The position numbers were made by a program, and so were the translations under genes. Positions 20,701-30,849 of a stretch of 64,000 nucleotides of DNA are shown here, one piece after another (the stretch's first letter is position 1; every line of letters starts with the position of its first letter). Below the pieces are notes generated by a model. It had not been told where the DNA came from. It saw only the letters and a program-made list of their open reading frames with translations, and ran no database searches. The DNA is from a virus (Duplodnaviria > Caudoviricetes): the IMG/VR virus record IMGVR_UViG_3300033120_000865, positions 1 to 64,000 of that record; one strand, 5' to 3'.

Positions 20701-21840
20701 TTAATTTTTAATATTAATTTGTTTAAAACTCTTTATATTTCCAAGCATTTCTGCTCTAAAATGTTGTGGAAAAATACAATGCCTTGACTCTACTAAATGA
20801 AATGTCCTCATACTAGGATAGATAGGATTCCCTTTTGAATCCTTAATAGCAAGTCCAAAATGTTTTTTTAAATTATATCTTTCATCATTAGGATTAAATA
20901 CTGTAAATACATAATCAGCATCTTCTGCTAAATTACCTGTATCTTTAATATCATCTGATGTTGGATATAATTGGTCTCCAGCATGTCTTATTCTATCTAC
21001 ATCAGTCATACCTCTATTAGTATGTATAATAGGTACAAATGTGTAACCACACCAGTTTCTTAACTCTACCATATATTCAACCATCTTATCTACAGTTTGT
21101 TTCATCTGCCAACCTCTTTCATTAAGAAGTTTTCTTAAGTGGTCCATAATAATAATAGTGTACTTTTCTGGATGGTCTGACACATATCCACCTATTCTTG
21201 ATACTTTACCAGAATCATAACTGACAAATCTACCAGATTTTTCTGCATGTTTTTTGAGATATTTATAAATACCAGTTGGATTATCTTTTTGCTCTATAAA
21301 TTTTATATAGCCTTTTTTAATCTGTGTACCATTTTTATCAAATTCTCCAAACAATGAAATAATTCTAGTATCATAAACAACTTTTAAAGCATCTTTAATA
21401 CTTTCTTTAACTTTGATAACATTTCCATTATCATCTTGCATTCTTCCTCTTAAATAATTAGGAGATAATGGGATAGTAGTTAATACTTTACCTGCTTCAG
21501 TATAAGTTACACCTTCATCTAATTGGATTGTCTCAATACCAAAATCATGATATAAAAAATATGCTGCAAAGTCAAATTCTTTACTAATTCTATCTAATTC
21601 AAAAGAGAAATATATCCATTCAACTGGAATATTATGTTCCATAGCATATAAATAAGGCTGAATAACAAAGGAATAATCTACAAATGTACTTTTACCAGCT
21701 TTTGCAGCAGCAGCAACTCCATATATTCTTCCTCTTTGTACACCATTTATTGCTCTTGAAACATTTATTAATCCTTCTCCCATTGGTAGTCCTTTATTAC
21801 CACCTTCTTGACCTTTTTTAAATTCTTCAATTAAATTCAC
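20701..21840 (-). CDS. DnaB-like replicative (SF4) helicase
   Basis: AKAGKST, YFSFE, IIMDH, HTNR, DIKDTGNLAEDADYV. Confidence 0.85.
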   Translation of the reverse strand: MNLIEEFKKGQEGGNKGLPMGEGLINVSRAINGVQRGRIYGVAAAAKAGKSTFVDYSFVIQPYLYAMEHNIPVEWIYFSFELDRISKEFDFAAYFLYHDFGIETIQLDEGVTYTEAGKVLTTIPLSPNYLRGRMQDDNGNVIKVKESIKDALKVVYDTRIISLFGEFDKNGTQIKKGYIKFIEQKDNPTGIYKYLKKHAEKSGRFVSYDSGKVSRIGGYVSDHPEKYTIIIMDHLRKLLNERGWQMKQTVDKMVEYMVELRNWCGYTFVPIIHTNRGMTDVDRIRHAGDQLYPTSDDIKDTGNLAEDADYVFTVFNPNDERYNLKKHFGLAIKDSKGNPIYPSMRTFHLVESRHCIFPQHFRAEMLGNIKSFKQINIKN

Positions 21841-22301
21841 TTATCATAAATAACAACTGTTACATCATGCTCTGATAAAACTCTTTTAATAATTCTTCTA
21901 ACTTTAACCCAATCTCCACCTCCAATACCAGCTCCAATCATAGGTAAACCTATTTTAGAACTAGGTTCTATTGTTCTTGCTAATTTTTTTAAAGATAATT
22001 CAAGAGCAGTATAATCTAAATCAGAACCAGGATTATATTGTGTATATAAATTAAAAATAGATGTTATAACATCACCTGTTTTATATCTCACATAAGTAAA
22101 ATCTCCCCATCTTTGAATTGGACTTCTTTTGTCATTAAAATCTTTAATAAAAGCATCATTAAATTGTCTTTTAATTTGAAAAGCTATTCCAGCTCCCATT
22201 ATTTTTTGACAATTTGCCCCATGAGCAATTACATCAAATTTACCTTTCTTAAATAAATCTAATAAATCTCCCTTTACTTCTTTATAAGTATTGGCTGACA
22301 T
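21837..22301 (-). CDS. macro domain (ADP-ribose-binding/hydrolase) protein
   Basis: KGDLL, IAHGANC, MGAGIA, NLYTQ, PMIGAGIGGGDW. Confidence 0.9.
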   Translation of the reverse strand: MSANTYKEVKGDLLDLFKKGKFDVIAHGANCQKIMGAGIAFQIKRQFNDAFIKDFNDKRSPIQRWGDFTYVRYKTGDVITSIFNLYTQYNPGSDLDYTALELSLKKLARTIEPSSKIGLPMIGAGIGGGDWVKVRRIIKRVLSEHDVTVVIYDK

Positions 22302-22739
22302 CTATAAAGTTATATTATTAAAATATAACATCTCTTTTTCAGATTCAAAAACAACTCCATAAAATAACTTACCAATAAATCTATTAAATCTATTGTTTTT
22401 ACCAATATAAATAATAGTACTTGATACATAACCATCTATGAAATCAATATTTTCTGAATTTTCAGTACCTTCAAAATATTCAGTACCTTTAGGAATAATA
22501 AATAGATGTGATTTTGTCTTTCTATTAATACTATTTCTTGAATGATACCCTTGATTGATTTCATTACTTGAATACCTAACCAAACCTGGTGTCATATAAA
22601 TTAAAACTTTTTTATTAACAAAAAATCTTGAGTATTTAAAATTTCTAAGTAAACTACGATTTTTTTCTAAAGATTTATAGCAAACAATATTAGTTTCTGC
22701 TATTTTTGATTGAGCATTCTTTTTTACATTTAAACACAT
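22302..22739 (-). CDS. hypothetical protein
   Basis: ORF in operon. Confidence 0.6.
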   Translation of the reverse strand: MCLNVKKNAQSKIAETNIVCYKSLEKNRSLLRNFKYSRFFVNKKVLIYMTPGLVRYSSNEINQGYHSRNSINRKTKSHLFIIPKGTEYFEGTENSENIDFIDGYVSSTIIYIGKNNRFNRFIGKLFYGVVFESEKEMLYFNNITL

Positions 22740-22756
22740 ATTTTCTATTTTTTAAT

Positions 22757-23011
22757 TTATTTATCTACTATTCTATAGACATTTTCTACTTTCTCCAATT
22801 CAGGACATTTTCCTTTAACTTTTTCTTTAAGTTCATTCATTTCTACAATTAACATAATTGTAATTGCAAATACTACAGAATTAACTATACTAAAAAACAT
22901 AATCCATTCTAATGTACTTTTTTTATCATCAGTAGAAAGAACTATTTTTATAAAACATAATAACCAAAGTATTCCTATGATACTTAAAATTAAAATTTGT
23001 GTATTATACAT
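22757..23011 (-). CDS. two-TM membrane protein
   Basis: Two hydrophobic segments. Confidence 0.6.
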   Translation of the reverse strand: MYNTQILILSIIGILWLLCFIKIVLSTDDKKSTLEWIMFFSIVNSVVFAITIMLIVEMNELKEKVKGKCPELEKVENVYRIVDK

Positions 23012-23026
23012 AATATTAAATATTAA

Positions 23027-23398
23027 TTAATTTAAGTTTTTCTTGCATATTTCTATTAATTTTTTAAGACATTCAAGTTCTGCTTCTTCATATGATTTAA
23101 AATAAAGTACTTCACTTACAACATCATCTATTTGCATATTATTAATGTTAAAATACCAACTATATGATATACTATCAATTATTAATGAGTTTAATTTATA
23201 CTTCTCTCTAAACCATCTAAATGCTTGTTGGTAAAGTGGAAGAGCAACTTGGTCTGGTCTGTTAAAATGACTATTTTTGTAACTTCCTCCAAATCCATCA
23301 AAACCATTTGAATCGTTCCACTGAGCAAAACAAGGTTCATCAAACCCTAATTCTTTTAAAGCTAATGCTTGTTCATAAGGTATAAATTCTTGTTCCAT
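23027..23398 (-). CDS. hypothetical protein
   Basis: ORF in operon. Confidence 0.7.
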   Translation of the reverse strand: MEQEFIPYEQALALKELGFDEPCFAQWNDSNGFDGFGGSYKNSHFNRPDQVALPLYQQAFRWFREKYKLNSLIIDSISYSWYFNINNMQIDDVVSEVLYFKSYEEAELECLKKLIEICKKNLN

Positions 23399-23928
23399 TA
23401 TTGCATAGTATTAGTTACTTCAGTTCTACCTTGTTCCTGGTCTTTAGCAATTTCATACTTTTCTAACCAAGTCATAATAGTTTGTGTCTTATCAGCTCCT
23501 TTACCTTTCTGAATAAAATAATGAGGAAGCATCAAATATTTTGAATCACTATTCAAAATATACATTTTAGTTGCTCCAATAATATCATCTTTTCTCACAC
23601 TTGGATTCTTAGCAAATAATTGCTTTAGTAATGAAGTAGCTTCTCTTACATACCCACCTTTATCTGTGTTAGCATCTTTAAATAATTGAACATACTCAGT
23701 TTTAACCCATTCAAAAGCAGTTTGTTGTCCTTCAAATAAAGGAATATTCCATTTAATATTTCCTTTATCTTCAGAATAAATACCAGTAGTATTCATTTTC
23801 TGTTTAAAAGCTTCTGGAATATAACTTGGTTTATAATTATAAAACAAAGAAAGTAAATAACAGATTCCATCATCTTTCTGAATTTTAAACTCAGTAAAGA
23901 TTTCTAAAATTTCATCATTTATATTCAT
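23398..23928 (-). CDS. hypothetical protein
   Basis: ORF overlapping both neighbours. Confidence 0.7.
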   Translation of the reverse strand: MNINDEILEIFTEFKIQKDDGICYLLSLFYNYKPSYIPEAFKQKMNTTGIYSEDKGNIKWNIPLFEGQQTAFEWVKTEYVQLFKDANTDKGGYVREATSLLKQLFAKNPSVRKDDIIGATKMYILNSDSKYLMLPHYFIQKGKGADKTQTIMTWLEKYEIAKDQEQGRTEVTNTMQ

Positions 23929-24800
23929 GATTTAGATTTTACTATCTCTTGTAGTTTAATAATAGTACCACTACCCACATAACTAAAGAATGAGGTTAAA
24001 TCTTTTATAGATAAACAGGGCTTATTCATTAGAGTATATTCTTCAGCTTTTTCTCTTGTTGAAAAATACAGACTATTTGTTGACAATCTATCTTGTGAGT
24101 AAAATTCATAATTTGCAATAGCTTCACAAAAAGTCCATGAATGAAATCTAAAATAATAATAAGAATCACCTTCAAAAATATCAATACCATCTTCTGTTGT
24201 AAATAATGATTGTTTTCTAGCAGTTTTAAGAAGTGTATTATAATTATTATATCTATTACCAGCACTAATCATAAGCTTACCTTCAACTTTCTCTTTTACA
24301 GCAGAAGCCACTTCTGAAAAAACATCTTTAACAATTCCAATCTTAGTAATTTTTATATCTTCTCCATCTTTATCATGAGAAATAGAGTCTGGTGTTAATA
24401 CATCTCCAATAGTAAATATTTCACCATCAGACAATCTTTTAATTGAATGAATAGTATAGTAGAAATCTTTTAATAATCTTTCCTCAGAAAATTCATTATT
24501 TCTACTTGTAATATCTTTTCCATTTGTAGAAGGAAACATTCCATAATTATTCTTATATCTAATACCATCATTAGAAGATGAAGTTATTAATTGGAAAGAT
24601 AGTATTTCATAATCTTTATTAATAATTTCTTCCCAATATTCAAAAAATTCTTCTGGATTAAGATTAGAATAATGTACATGAAAATGTTCAACTGATTCTG
24701 TAGCAAATTTAGATTGCCAATAAGCTCCATTTTTAAATATCTCAATTCCTATTGTAGTTGGACTACCAGGATATTCTTTAATTAATTTAAATGTTTTCAT
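23925..24800 (-). CDS. hypothetical protein
   Basis: ORF with ATGA overlaps at both ends. Confidence 0.7.
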   Translation of the reverse strand: MKTFKLIKEYPGSPTTIGIEIFKNGAYWQSKFATESVEHFHVHYSNLNPEEFFEYWEEIINKDYEILSFQLITSSSNDGIRYKNNYGMFPSTNGKDITSRNNEFSEERLLKDFYYTIHSIKRLSDGEIFTIGDVLTPDSISHDKDGEDIKITKIGIVKDVFSEVASAVKEKVEGKLMISAGNRYNNYNTLLKTARKQSLFTTEDGIDIFEGDSYYYFRFHSWTFCEAIANYEFYSQDRLSTNSLYFSTREKAEEYTLMNKPCLSIKDLTSFFSYVGSGTIIKLQEIVKSKS

Positions 24801-25909
24801 AATTTAAAATTTTTATATCTAATATATTCTACTTTATTTTTATCAAAACTTTCAAGTGCAGATTCAACCCACTTCTCATCTTGAGTACCAACTAAGCATA
24901 ATAACCAAATAGTTGCTTTATAATTTTTTTGTTCTAATAGTGTTCTAGCTATTTTTTGAGAAGTAGTTCCATTTTTATCTGAGTCAGCTTGAGCCATTAT
25001 TAAATGGTCTATCTCTTTATATGTCCAACCAATACCACCTGTATTTACCATACTAATTTCATCAATTTCTCCTTTAATGAATTTTTCTACATCTTTTGTA
25101 GAACTTTTACTATGATAAAAATATTCAGAAACATTTTCAGCTTGTTTAATACTAGCACAAAAAATTAATTTTCTTCCTTTAAGATTCTCCATTAAAAATT
25201 TAGCTACTTGGGTTTTTGCACCACTATCATAAACTGCTCTCATTCTTGCTAAAATTCTAAATACAGCATCTTTTCTTTTTTGGAAAATAGCTTTTTGTGC
25301 AGTACTATGTAACCATTTATATTGTTCTTCTTCTGAAGTTAAAAATGGTTTATCTTTAGTACCTGCTGATAAATTTCTTTCTTTACCCATATCAATCTCA
25401 ATTACTTTAATAGAATAATTGGCTAATATGCCAATATCAACTGCTTCATTAATTGATAATTCATATAATATAGGTAGTTTTAAAGACTTATAAAGGTCTT
25501 TTTTAGCTTCATGCTTAGTCTGAGTTCCTGTCATACTAATAATATAATCAGCAGTAAGTGAACCATCAAGTAAACCAGAAAGATTATTCTCAGTAGCAAA
25601 TTGTTCTTCATCTAAAATAATCATCTCATAATGACCTTTTATTTTATTTAAAGACATCCATGTTACTGTTTTTAATCTACTTTTAAACTTAGTAGCTTTC
25701 CAAGTTTCAAACTCATTAGGTATATCTTTATCAGCAAGTTCTGCTGATGGTGTGACCCAAAGAATTGATTTTGGATTATTCTTCTTAATTATATCAATAG
25801 CTAGTTTACTCTTACCTACTCTAGGAGCAAGTAGTAATCTACCATGAGGTTTCAAATCTAAAGAATCAACTATATCTTTTTGGATTTTACTTTTCTCTTT
25901 ATTTGTCAT
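24797..25909 (-). CDS. SF2 (DExD/H-like) helicase
   Basis: APRVGKS, LWVTP, ILDEEQ, SMTGT, LIFC, QKIAR. Confidence 0.82.
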   Translation of the reverse strand: MTNKEKSKIQKDIVDSLDLKPHGRLLLAPRVGKSKLAIDIIKKNNPKSILWVTPSAELADKDIPNEFETWKATKFKSRLKTVTWMSLNKIKGHYEMIILDEEQFATENNLSGLLDGSLTADYIISMTGTQTKHEAKKDLYKSLKLPILYELSINEAVDIGILANYSIKVIEIDMGKERNLSAGTKDKPFLTSEEEQYKWLHSTAQKAIFQKRKDAVFRILARMRAVYDSGAKTQVAKFLMENLKGRKLIFCASIKQAENVSEYFYHSKSSTKDVEKFIKGEIDEISMVNTGGIGWTYKEIDHLIMAQADSDKNGTTSQKIARTLLEQKNYKATIWLLCLVGTQDEKWVESALESFDKNKVEYIRYKNFKL

Positions 25910-25947
25910 GTATTAATAATTATACATTAAAAGCACTCTTAAAAACT

Positions 25948-27873
25948 CTAATGACATTCTCCATAATTATTACCAAAATCTACACTGATACCTATTTCAA
26001 TATTAAGATTTAATTCTTTATTTGTTTCAACCATAGCTTCTTTAAGTAATTTTTCAAGATTAACTTTTAAAGATTTTGGACAAACTAATAAAATTTCATC
26101 ATGGTACTGTAAAACTATATCTATCCCCATTCCTTTGGTTTTTTGTTTTACTTTTCTTACCCAAGAATCAAACACAAATACTCCACTATTTTGATTTAGT
26201 GTAGAAAATCTATCCTTTTCAGCTTTAAGAAATAACCAAAAACCACTAATAGGATTATATAACCATTTCTGACCATTTACTATTTTTACTGTACAAGCTT
26301 CAGCAGTTTGTTTGACTGCTTTATTTCTTTTCCAATAGGTTTTATGTAATTTGAAGGCAAAATCTAATGTACATTTTAATGTTTTGGAAATTTTATCTGG
26401 TCCAGCTCCATAAGTAGCTGAGAAATTTACAACTTTAGCATTTCCTCTAATAGTTTTAATTCTTTTATAGATATTGGCATCTTCTTCTGAATTAAATTTA
26501 AATTCAGATTTTTGTTCTTCTTTTTGAGATTCAATTCTTTTAAAAAATTCTTCTTCCTCTTTTGTAAGTAACCCAGCAAGTACACCAATATCAATATGAG
26601 GGTCAAAACCAGGAACTCTCATATCTTCTACATATTTGGGGTCAAACATGTATATGTAATGTTGCTTTGTATTATCTTCAAGCCCAGAAATATCACTTCC
26701 ACACATTATTAAATCAGGGTCATTAACTTTTAAACAAGACCTGATTTCAGCTCCAAACCATTTATCAACTCCTGGTAAATTCACTACTGGTTTAGAATGT
26801 TGTAGTCTAAGAGTATTAGTTAGTCCATGAGCTGTAGAATATATTTTATTATTTTTATCTTTGTTTTCCAAAAATGATTTAAATAATCCATATCTATGTT
26901 GAGCTTTATAAAGACCATCCAAATCTCTAAGACTAGGATTATCTTCAAATAAATCTTTAACACTCTGGCATAATCCTGCTCCAAATGGCAATGAAACTTG
27001 AGCCACTTCTTCTTTTGTATTCTTACTTAATTTAAAAGTAATTGGTTCCCATCCTAATGAATCTAACCAAGCTTTTAATTGATTTGGTGAACCAGGATTA
27101 GGTTCTTCTCTTATTTCAGTAGTATCAAAAGGAAGATTTAATTCTGTCAACTTTTCAATCCATTTTTCACCATGAACTGATAAAGTTCCATCCTGTTTTA
27201 AAGGATTTTTCGGGACTTTATAAAGTATTTTACCTAAGTTTTTAGGCATACTATTAGAAAGAGATTTAATTTTATCTTCAATAATAACATCTAACTGTTT
27301 CATAGATTGTATTACTAAATCAATATCTAAATCAATTCCTACTATTTCTTGGTCTCTCAGACACTCTAATTTAAATCCTAAATAATTAAATATAGCATTA
27401 ACCATATTTATATTATTATCATAGATTTGCATAGTATAGTCCATTTGTCCATGAAACAGTCTAGTATTAATTTCAACATCACTTTCACATCTATGAATAT
27501 AAACTTCAATAGGTTGATTTTTCCAATCTTCAACTATAGGTTTTCCAAATCCTAATCTTTCTCCCCAAGCTCCTAAACCATGTTTAAAATTCTTAATTGG
27601 ATAGTGATAATAAGAAATTCCTATTGTATCAATAACTCTAGTATTAATAATTACTCCTAAAATTTTTTTAATAACAGGAATATCATATTTTATTATATTA
27701 TGACCTACAAATATATCAACAGTCTTCAAGTAATTCTTTATATCTTGGTAATTTGTAAATGTACCAGAAGATATTAACTTCTTACCATCATATCTTCTAT
27801 AGGATAAACAATGAATTTTTGTTACTGTGTCCAATAATCCATCACTTTCTAAATCGAAGACATCATAAATCAT
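25948..27873 (-). CDS. family A DNA polymerase with 3'-5' exonuclease
   Basis: DLESDG, GHNIIKYD, motif A DISGLE, motif B RGNAKVVNFSATYG, motif C YHDE. Confidence 0.95.
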   Translation of the reverse strand: MIYDVFDLESDGLLDTVTKIHCLSYRRYDGKKLISSGTFTNYQDIKNYLKTVDIFVGHNIIKYDIPVIKKILGVIINTRVIDTIGISYYHYPIKNFKHGLGAWGERLGFGKPIVEDWKNQPIEVYIHRCESDVEINTRLFHGQMDYTMQIYDNNINMVNAIFNYLGFKLECLRDQEIVGIDLDIDLVIQSMKQLDVIIEDKIKSLSNSMPKNLGKILYKVPKNPLKQDGTLSVHGEKWIEKLTELNLPFDTTEIREEPNPGSPNQLKAWLDSLGWEPITFKLSKNTKEEVAQVSLPFGAGLCQSVKDLFEDNPSLRDLDGLYKAQHRYGLFKSFLENKDKNNKIYSTAHGLTNTLRLQHSKPVVNLPGVDKWFGAEIRSCLKVNDPDLIMCGSDISGLEDNTKQHYIYMFDPKYVEDMRVPGFDPHIDIGVLAGLLTKEEEEFFKRIESQKEEQKSEFKFNSEEDANIYKRIKTIRGNAKVVNFSATYGAGPDKISKTLKCTLDFAFKLHKTYWKRNKAVKQTAEACTVKIVNGQKWLYNPISGFWLFLKAEKDRFSTLNQNSGVFVFDSWVRKVKQKTKGMGIDIVLQYHDEILLVCPKSLKVNLEKLLKEAMVETNKELNLNIEIGISVDFGNNYGECH

Positions 27874-27874
27874 T

Positions 27875-28153
27875 TTATAACTTTGTTATATTATTAACAT
27901 AGATGTTATTGTATCTCTTTCCATTCTTTTCAGAACCTTCAAATGAGAATTCAATTTCAACAACTGAATTTTCATATAAATTATCTAACATTTTTAGTTT
28001 AACATTTCTAACTTCAGGATATAATACTTGTTCATCATTTGTTTCTAATGTTAAAACTCTTTTATACAAATCAGGAATTCCTTCTCTTTGTATGTGTACT
28101 AACTCTCCAATTTCTGTTATTACACCTTTGATTTTTAAATAATCTTTTTTCAT
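27875..28153 (-). CDS. DUF3127-like OB-fold protein
   Basis: IKGVI...KRVLTL...VEIEFSFEG...YNNI pattern. Confidence 0.65.
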   Translation of the reverse strand: MKKDYLKIKGVITEIGELVHIQREGIPDLYKRVLTLETNDEQVLYPEVRNVKLKMLDNLYENSVVEIEFSFEGSEKNGKRYNNIYVNNITKL

Positions 28154-29463
28154 ACTTTAAATAAAATTAATAATTCACTTGCTCTTGTGACTGCTGTATA
28201 TAGCAATCTTTTTAATTCTTTCTGATTTTGGTTAATATTTAGATTTTTTATATTGACAATCACTTGTCTATATGTACTACCTTGACTTTTATGAACTGTA
28301 ATTGCATGATTATATTTTAAATCAGCAAACTTCTCAATAAATTCAAAATAATCTCTCCAACCAATTTCAGCAATCTTGGCTTTACTTTTAAGTAATTTAA
28401 CAAGATTTTCAAAATCCTTTTCAGAATCTTCATGCACAACAATTACATTATCTATCCATCCACTTTTAGAGAATTCACTCTCTTCAATAAATATAGGATT
28501 AATAGAATAGCACTTAAGTTTAATGTGTTCATACATTGGATTACTACTTTGTGGGTCATCTATACCATCTTTATTAGATAGATATTGAAATTGTTTTTCA
28601 ATTATTCTATTGGATTTTACTAATATTTCTTGATTAGTGAAATAATCTTCTTTATATGGTGCATTGAAAATGAGAGTTTCTCCCTCTTCAATTTTTTTTG
28701 GTTCACCATAAATTCTTTCTCTTACTTTATTATTAATTCTATCTACTTCAACATTAGTATATGCAAGGTATTTTAGTTCATCTGTACCATTTACCTTTGC
28801 AAGAGTTTGAATAACTTGTTCTTCATCATAACTGTAAATATAACCACCAATTTCTGTTCTTTGTGCTTCTTTACTTTTTATGAGAGATAAGTTTCTACTC
28901 AAATCAATTATTGGATTACCAACTCCTTGTCTTACTATTTCAGTAAGTTCTACTTCAGGATAATTTCTCTGAAAGACTGGGGATTCTTCTTCATTAACAG
29001 GATTTAATTGTTTATTATCCCCAATAAAAATAACTGTACAATCATTTTTAATTGCATGTTCTTCAATATAGTCTAATAACTCATCATTAACCATTGATGC
29101 TTCATCTATTATAAATAGTTTAACATTTTTTAATGGTGGATATTTAGAATCAAATGAAGGTTTAAAAGAAATATCACCTGTTCTATAATCAATATTTCTT
29201 TTTAATTTTAATGCAGCATGAGTAGTAATAAATTGTAAATTATCATAATTATTAACTTTACCTTTTAATACTGACACTGCTTTATTTGTAGGTGCAGAAC
29301 AATATATTTGACCTTTAAGATTTTTTGATAATATACTAATTAAAGTATCTACCATAAAAGTTTTTCCTACTCCTGCTGACCCCTGGATTCTTAACCTTTT
29401 ACTTCTGGTTAAAATCTCTAAACTCTCATCAAGTTTTAAGTGTTGATGATGTGTTAATGCCAT
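28150..29463 (-). CDS. Dda/RecD-like SF1B helicase
   Basis: GSAGVGKT, APTNKA, IIDEASM, GDNKQLNPV, LTEIVRQ, TVHKSQGST, YTAVTRA. Confidence 0.93.
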   Translation of the reverse strand: MALTHHQHLKLDESLEILTRSKRLRIQGSAGVGKTFMVDTLISILSKNLKGQIYCSAPTNKAVSVLKGKVNNYDNLQFITTHAALKLKRNIDYRTGDISFKPSFDSKYPPLKNVKLFIIDEASMVNDELLDYIEEHAIKNDCTVIFIGDNKQLNPVNEEESPVFQRNYPEVELTEIVRQGVGNPIIDLSRNLSLIKSKEAQRTEIGGYIYSYDEEQVIQTLAKVNGTDELKYLAYTNVEVDRINNKVRERIYGEPKKIEEGETLIFNAPYKEDYFTNQEILVKSNRIIEKQFQYLSNKDGIDDPQSSNPMYEHIKLKCYSINPIFIEESEFSKSGWIDNVIVVHEDSEKDFENLVKLLKSKAKIAEIGWRDYFEFIEKFADLKYNHAITVHKSQGSTYRQVIVNIKNLNINQNQKELKRLLYTAVTRASELLILFKV

Positions 29464-29517
29464 GTTTTTTCTATTTCATATTACTTTTTTTAGCTTATAA
29501 TACTCTTTAAGAAAACT

Positions 29518-29853
29518 CTACAATTGAGAAGATTTAAAACAATCATTAGAACAATATGTTTTATCTGTTTCCATTACTTTTCCACACTCAGAACATTCAA
29601 ATTCAACTTCAGTTTCAAAAGTACTTGTATGATATATAAAGTCAAGATGACAAAAACCTTTATCTGTATGAACCATAATTTCTTCTGAGGTAGTATCAAT
29701 ACTAAATTTTTCAATAATACCTATATTTGATTCTGGTGCTCATTCATGATGAACCTTATCACCAATTCTGAAGAAATCTCCATCAGAATTTATTGCAATT
29801 TTATTATCTACACTAATAAAATTTTGTTTTAAATCTTGTGCTCTTTCTTTCAT
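29518..29853 (-). pseudogene. Zn-finger-tailed hypothetical gene with one in-frame TGA (29740-29742)
   Basis: MKERAQDL...DKVHHE*APESNIG...ECSECGK...YCSNDC...QL; open on both sides of the TGA. Confidence 0.65.
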
Positions 29854-29881
29854 AATAATTTTACTTTTAAATTGATAATGC

Positions 29882-29921
29882 AAAAAAAAATAGTGTATCA
29901 CATGGTTGATACACTATTTTT
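29882..29921 (-). terminator. intrinsic terminator (possibly bidirectional)
   Basis: AAAAATAGTGTATCA/TGATACACTATTTTT stem with A9 tract. Confidence 0.75.
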
Positions 29922-29946
29922 ATAAAAATTGCTATAAACCTAAATA

Positions 29947-30573
29947 TTATAGAGATTGTTCAGGAATAACATGAACATCTCCATTCAATTCAGCTTTAAT
30001 TTCTTCACTAGCATAAAAATCTGATGGGTCTAATGTTCTTAAATCAATATCAAGTTTATCTTCTTTACTAAATGCAACTCTTCTGTATTGAATTTTACCA
30101 TCTTTTAAAGCTAGTTGTCCTTCATTTTCCACTCCTTTAGGAATTCTTACAACTTGCTTCTTAGCAAATGAATCTAAAGTTACAAGTGGAAGTTCAGAAT
30201 TATTAATAGCATGTTGTTCTGTATCAGCAATAATTGGTGAATTAGACAATATTCTATATAATTTAGAATCAGGAAAAGATTTTAATTGTTCTTGTACAGT
30301 TTCAATAGTACTATCTACTGGAACATCAATCCATGCAACTCTTACTTCATTGTTTTCAAAGTTTGTTTCTTCAAAACCAAAGTCAGACATTGCAAAAATA
30401 TTCTCACTTAATGAATTAGCTACAGACTTTGTTGGGTAGTAACTATTTGTAGTTACAGTCTGTTTTAGCTCTGCTGTTTTTGTGTCTTCTTTCTGAAAAT
30501 CTGATTTGTAAACTCTGTTTACTGAAATTCCAGAAACTTTGACTTCTTTTCTAATGTTAGAATTTGCTTCCAT
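29947..30573 (-). CDS. hypothetical protein
   Basis: ORF followed by terminator. Confidence 0.75.
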   Translation of the reverse strand: MEANSNIRKEVKVSGISVNRVYKSDFQKEDTKTAELKQTVTTNSYYPTKSVANSLSENIFAMSDFGFEETNFENNEVRVAWIDVPVDSTIETVQEQLKSFPDSKLYRILSNSPIIADTEQHAINNSELPLVTLDSFAKKQVVRIPKGVENEGQLALKDGKIQYRRVAFSKEDKLDIDLRTLDPSDFYASEEIKAELNGDVHVIPEQSL

Positions 30574-30672
30574 TTTTTTGAATTTAATTTATAAATGCTT
30601 TAATTTAATGTAACACTTTCAAATGTTAAAGTGTGAAAACCTTTATCAACCTCAATATGTCAATGAATTTAT

Positions 30673-30846
30673 CTATACTTGTTTAATAATTGTATTAGTC
30701 CTTTTGAAATAATTTACTGCATTATTATAAGCTGTAATTAAAAGAAGAATATCTCTATCATTTCTGATAATAATTATTACTTCTTTTTCTTTTAATGCAT
30801 GTATATAACATTGAACTATTGCAATCATTTTTTCTACTGATTCCAT
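30673..30846 (-). CDS. small hypothetical protein (57 aa)
   Basis: Manual ORF MESVEKMIAIVQCYIHALK..., below ORF-track cutoff. Confidence 0.5.
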   Translation of the reverse strand: MESVEKMIAIVQCYIHALKEKEVIIIIRNDRDILLLITAYNNAVNYFKRTNTIIKQV

Positions 30847-30849
30847 AGT

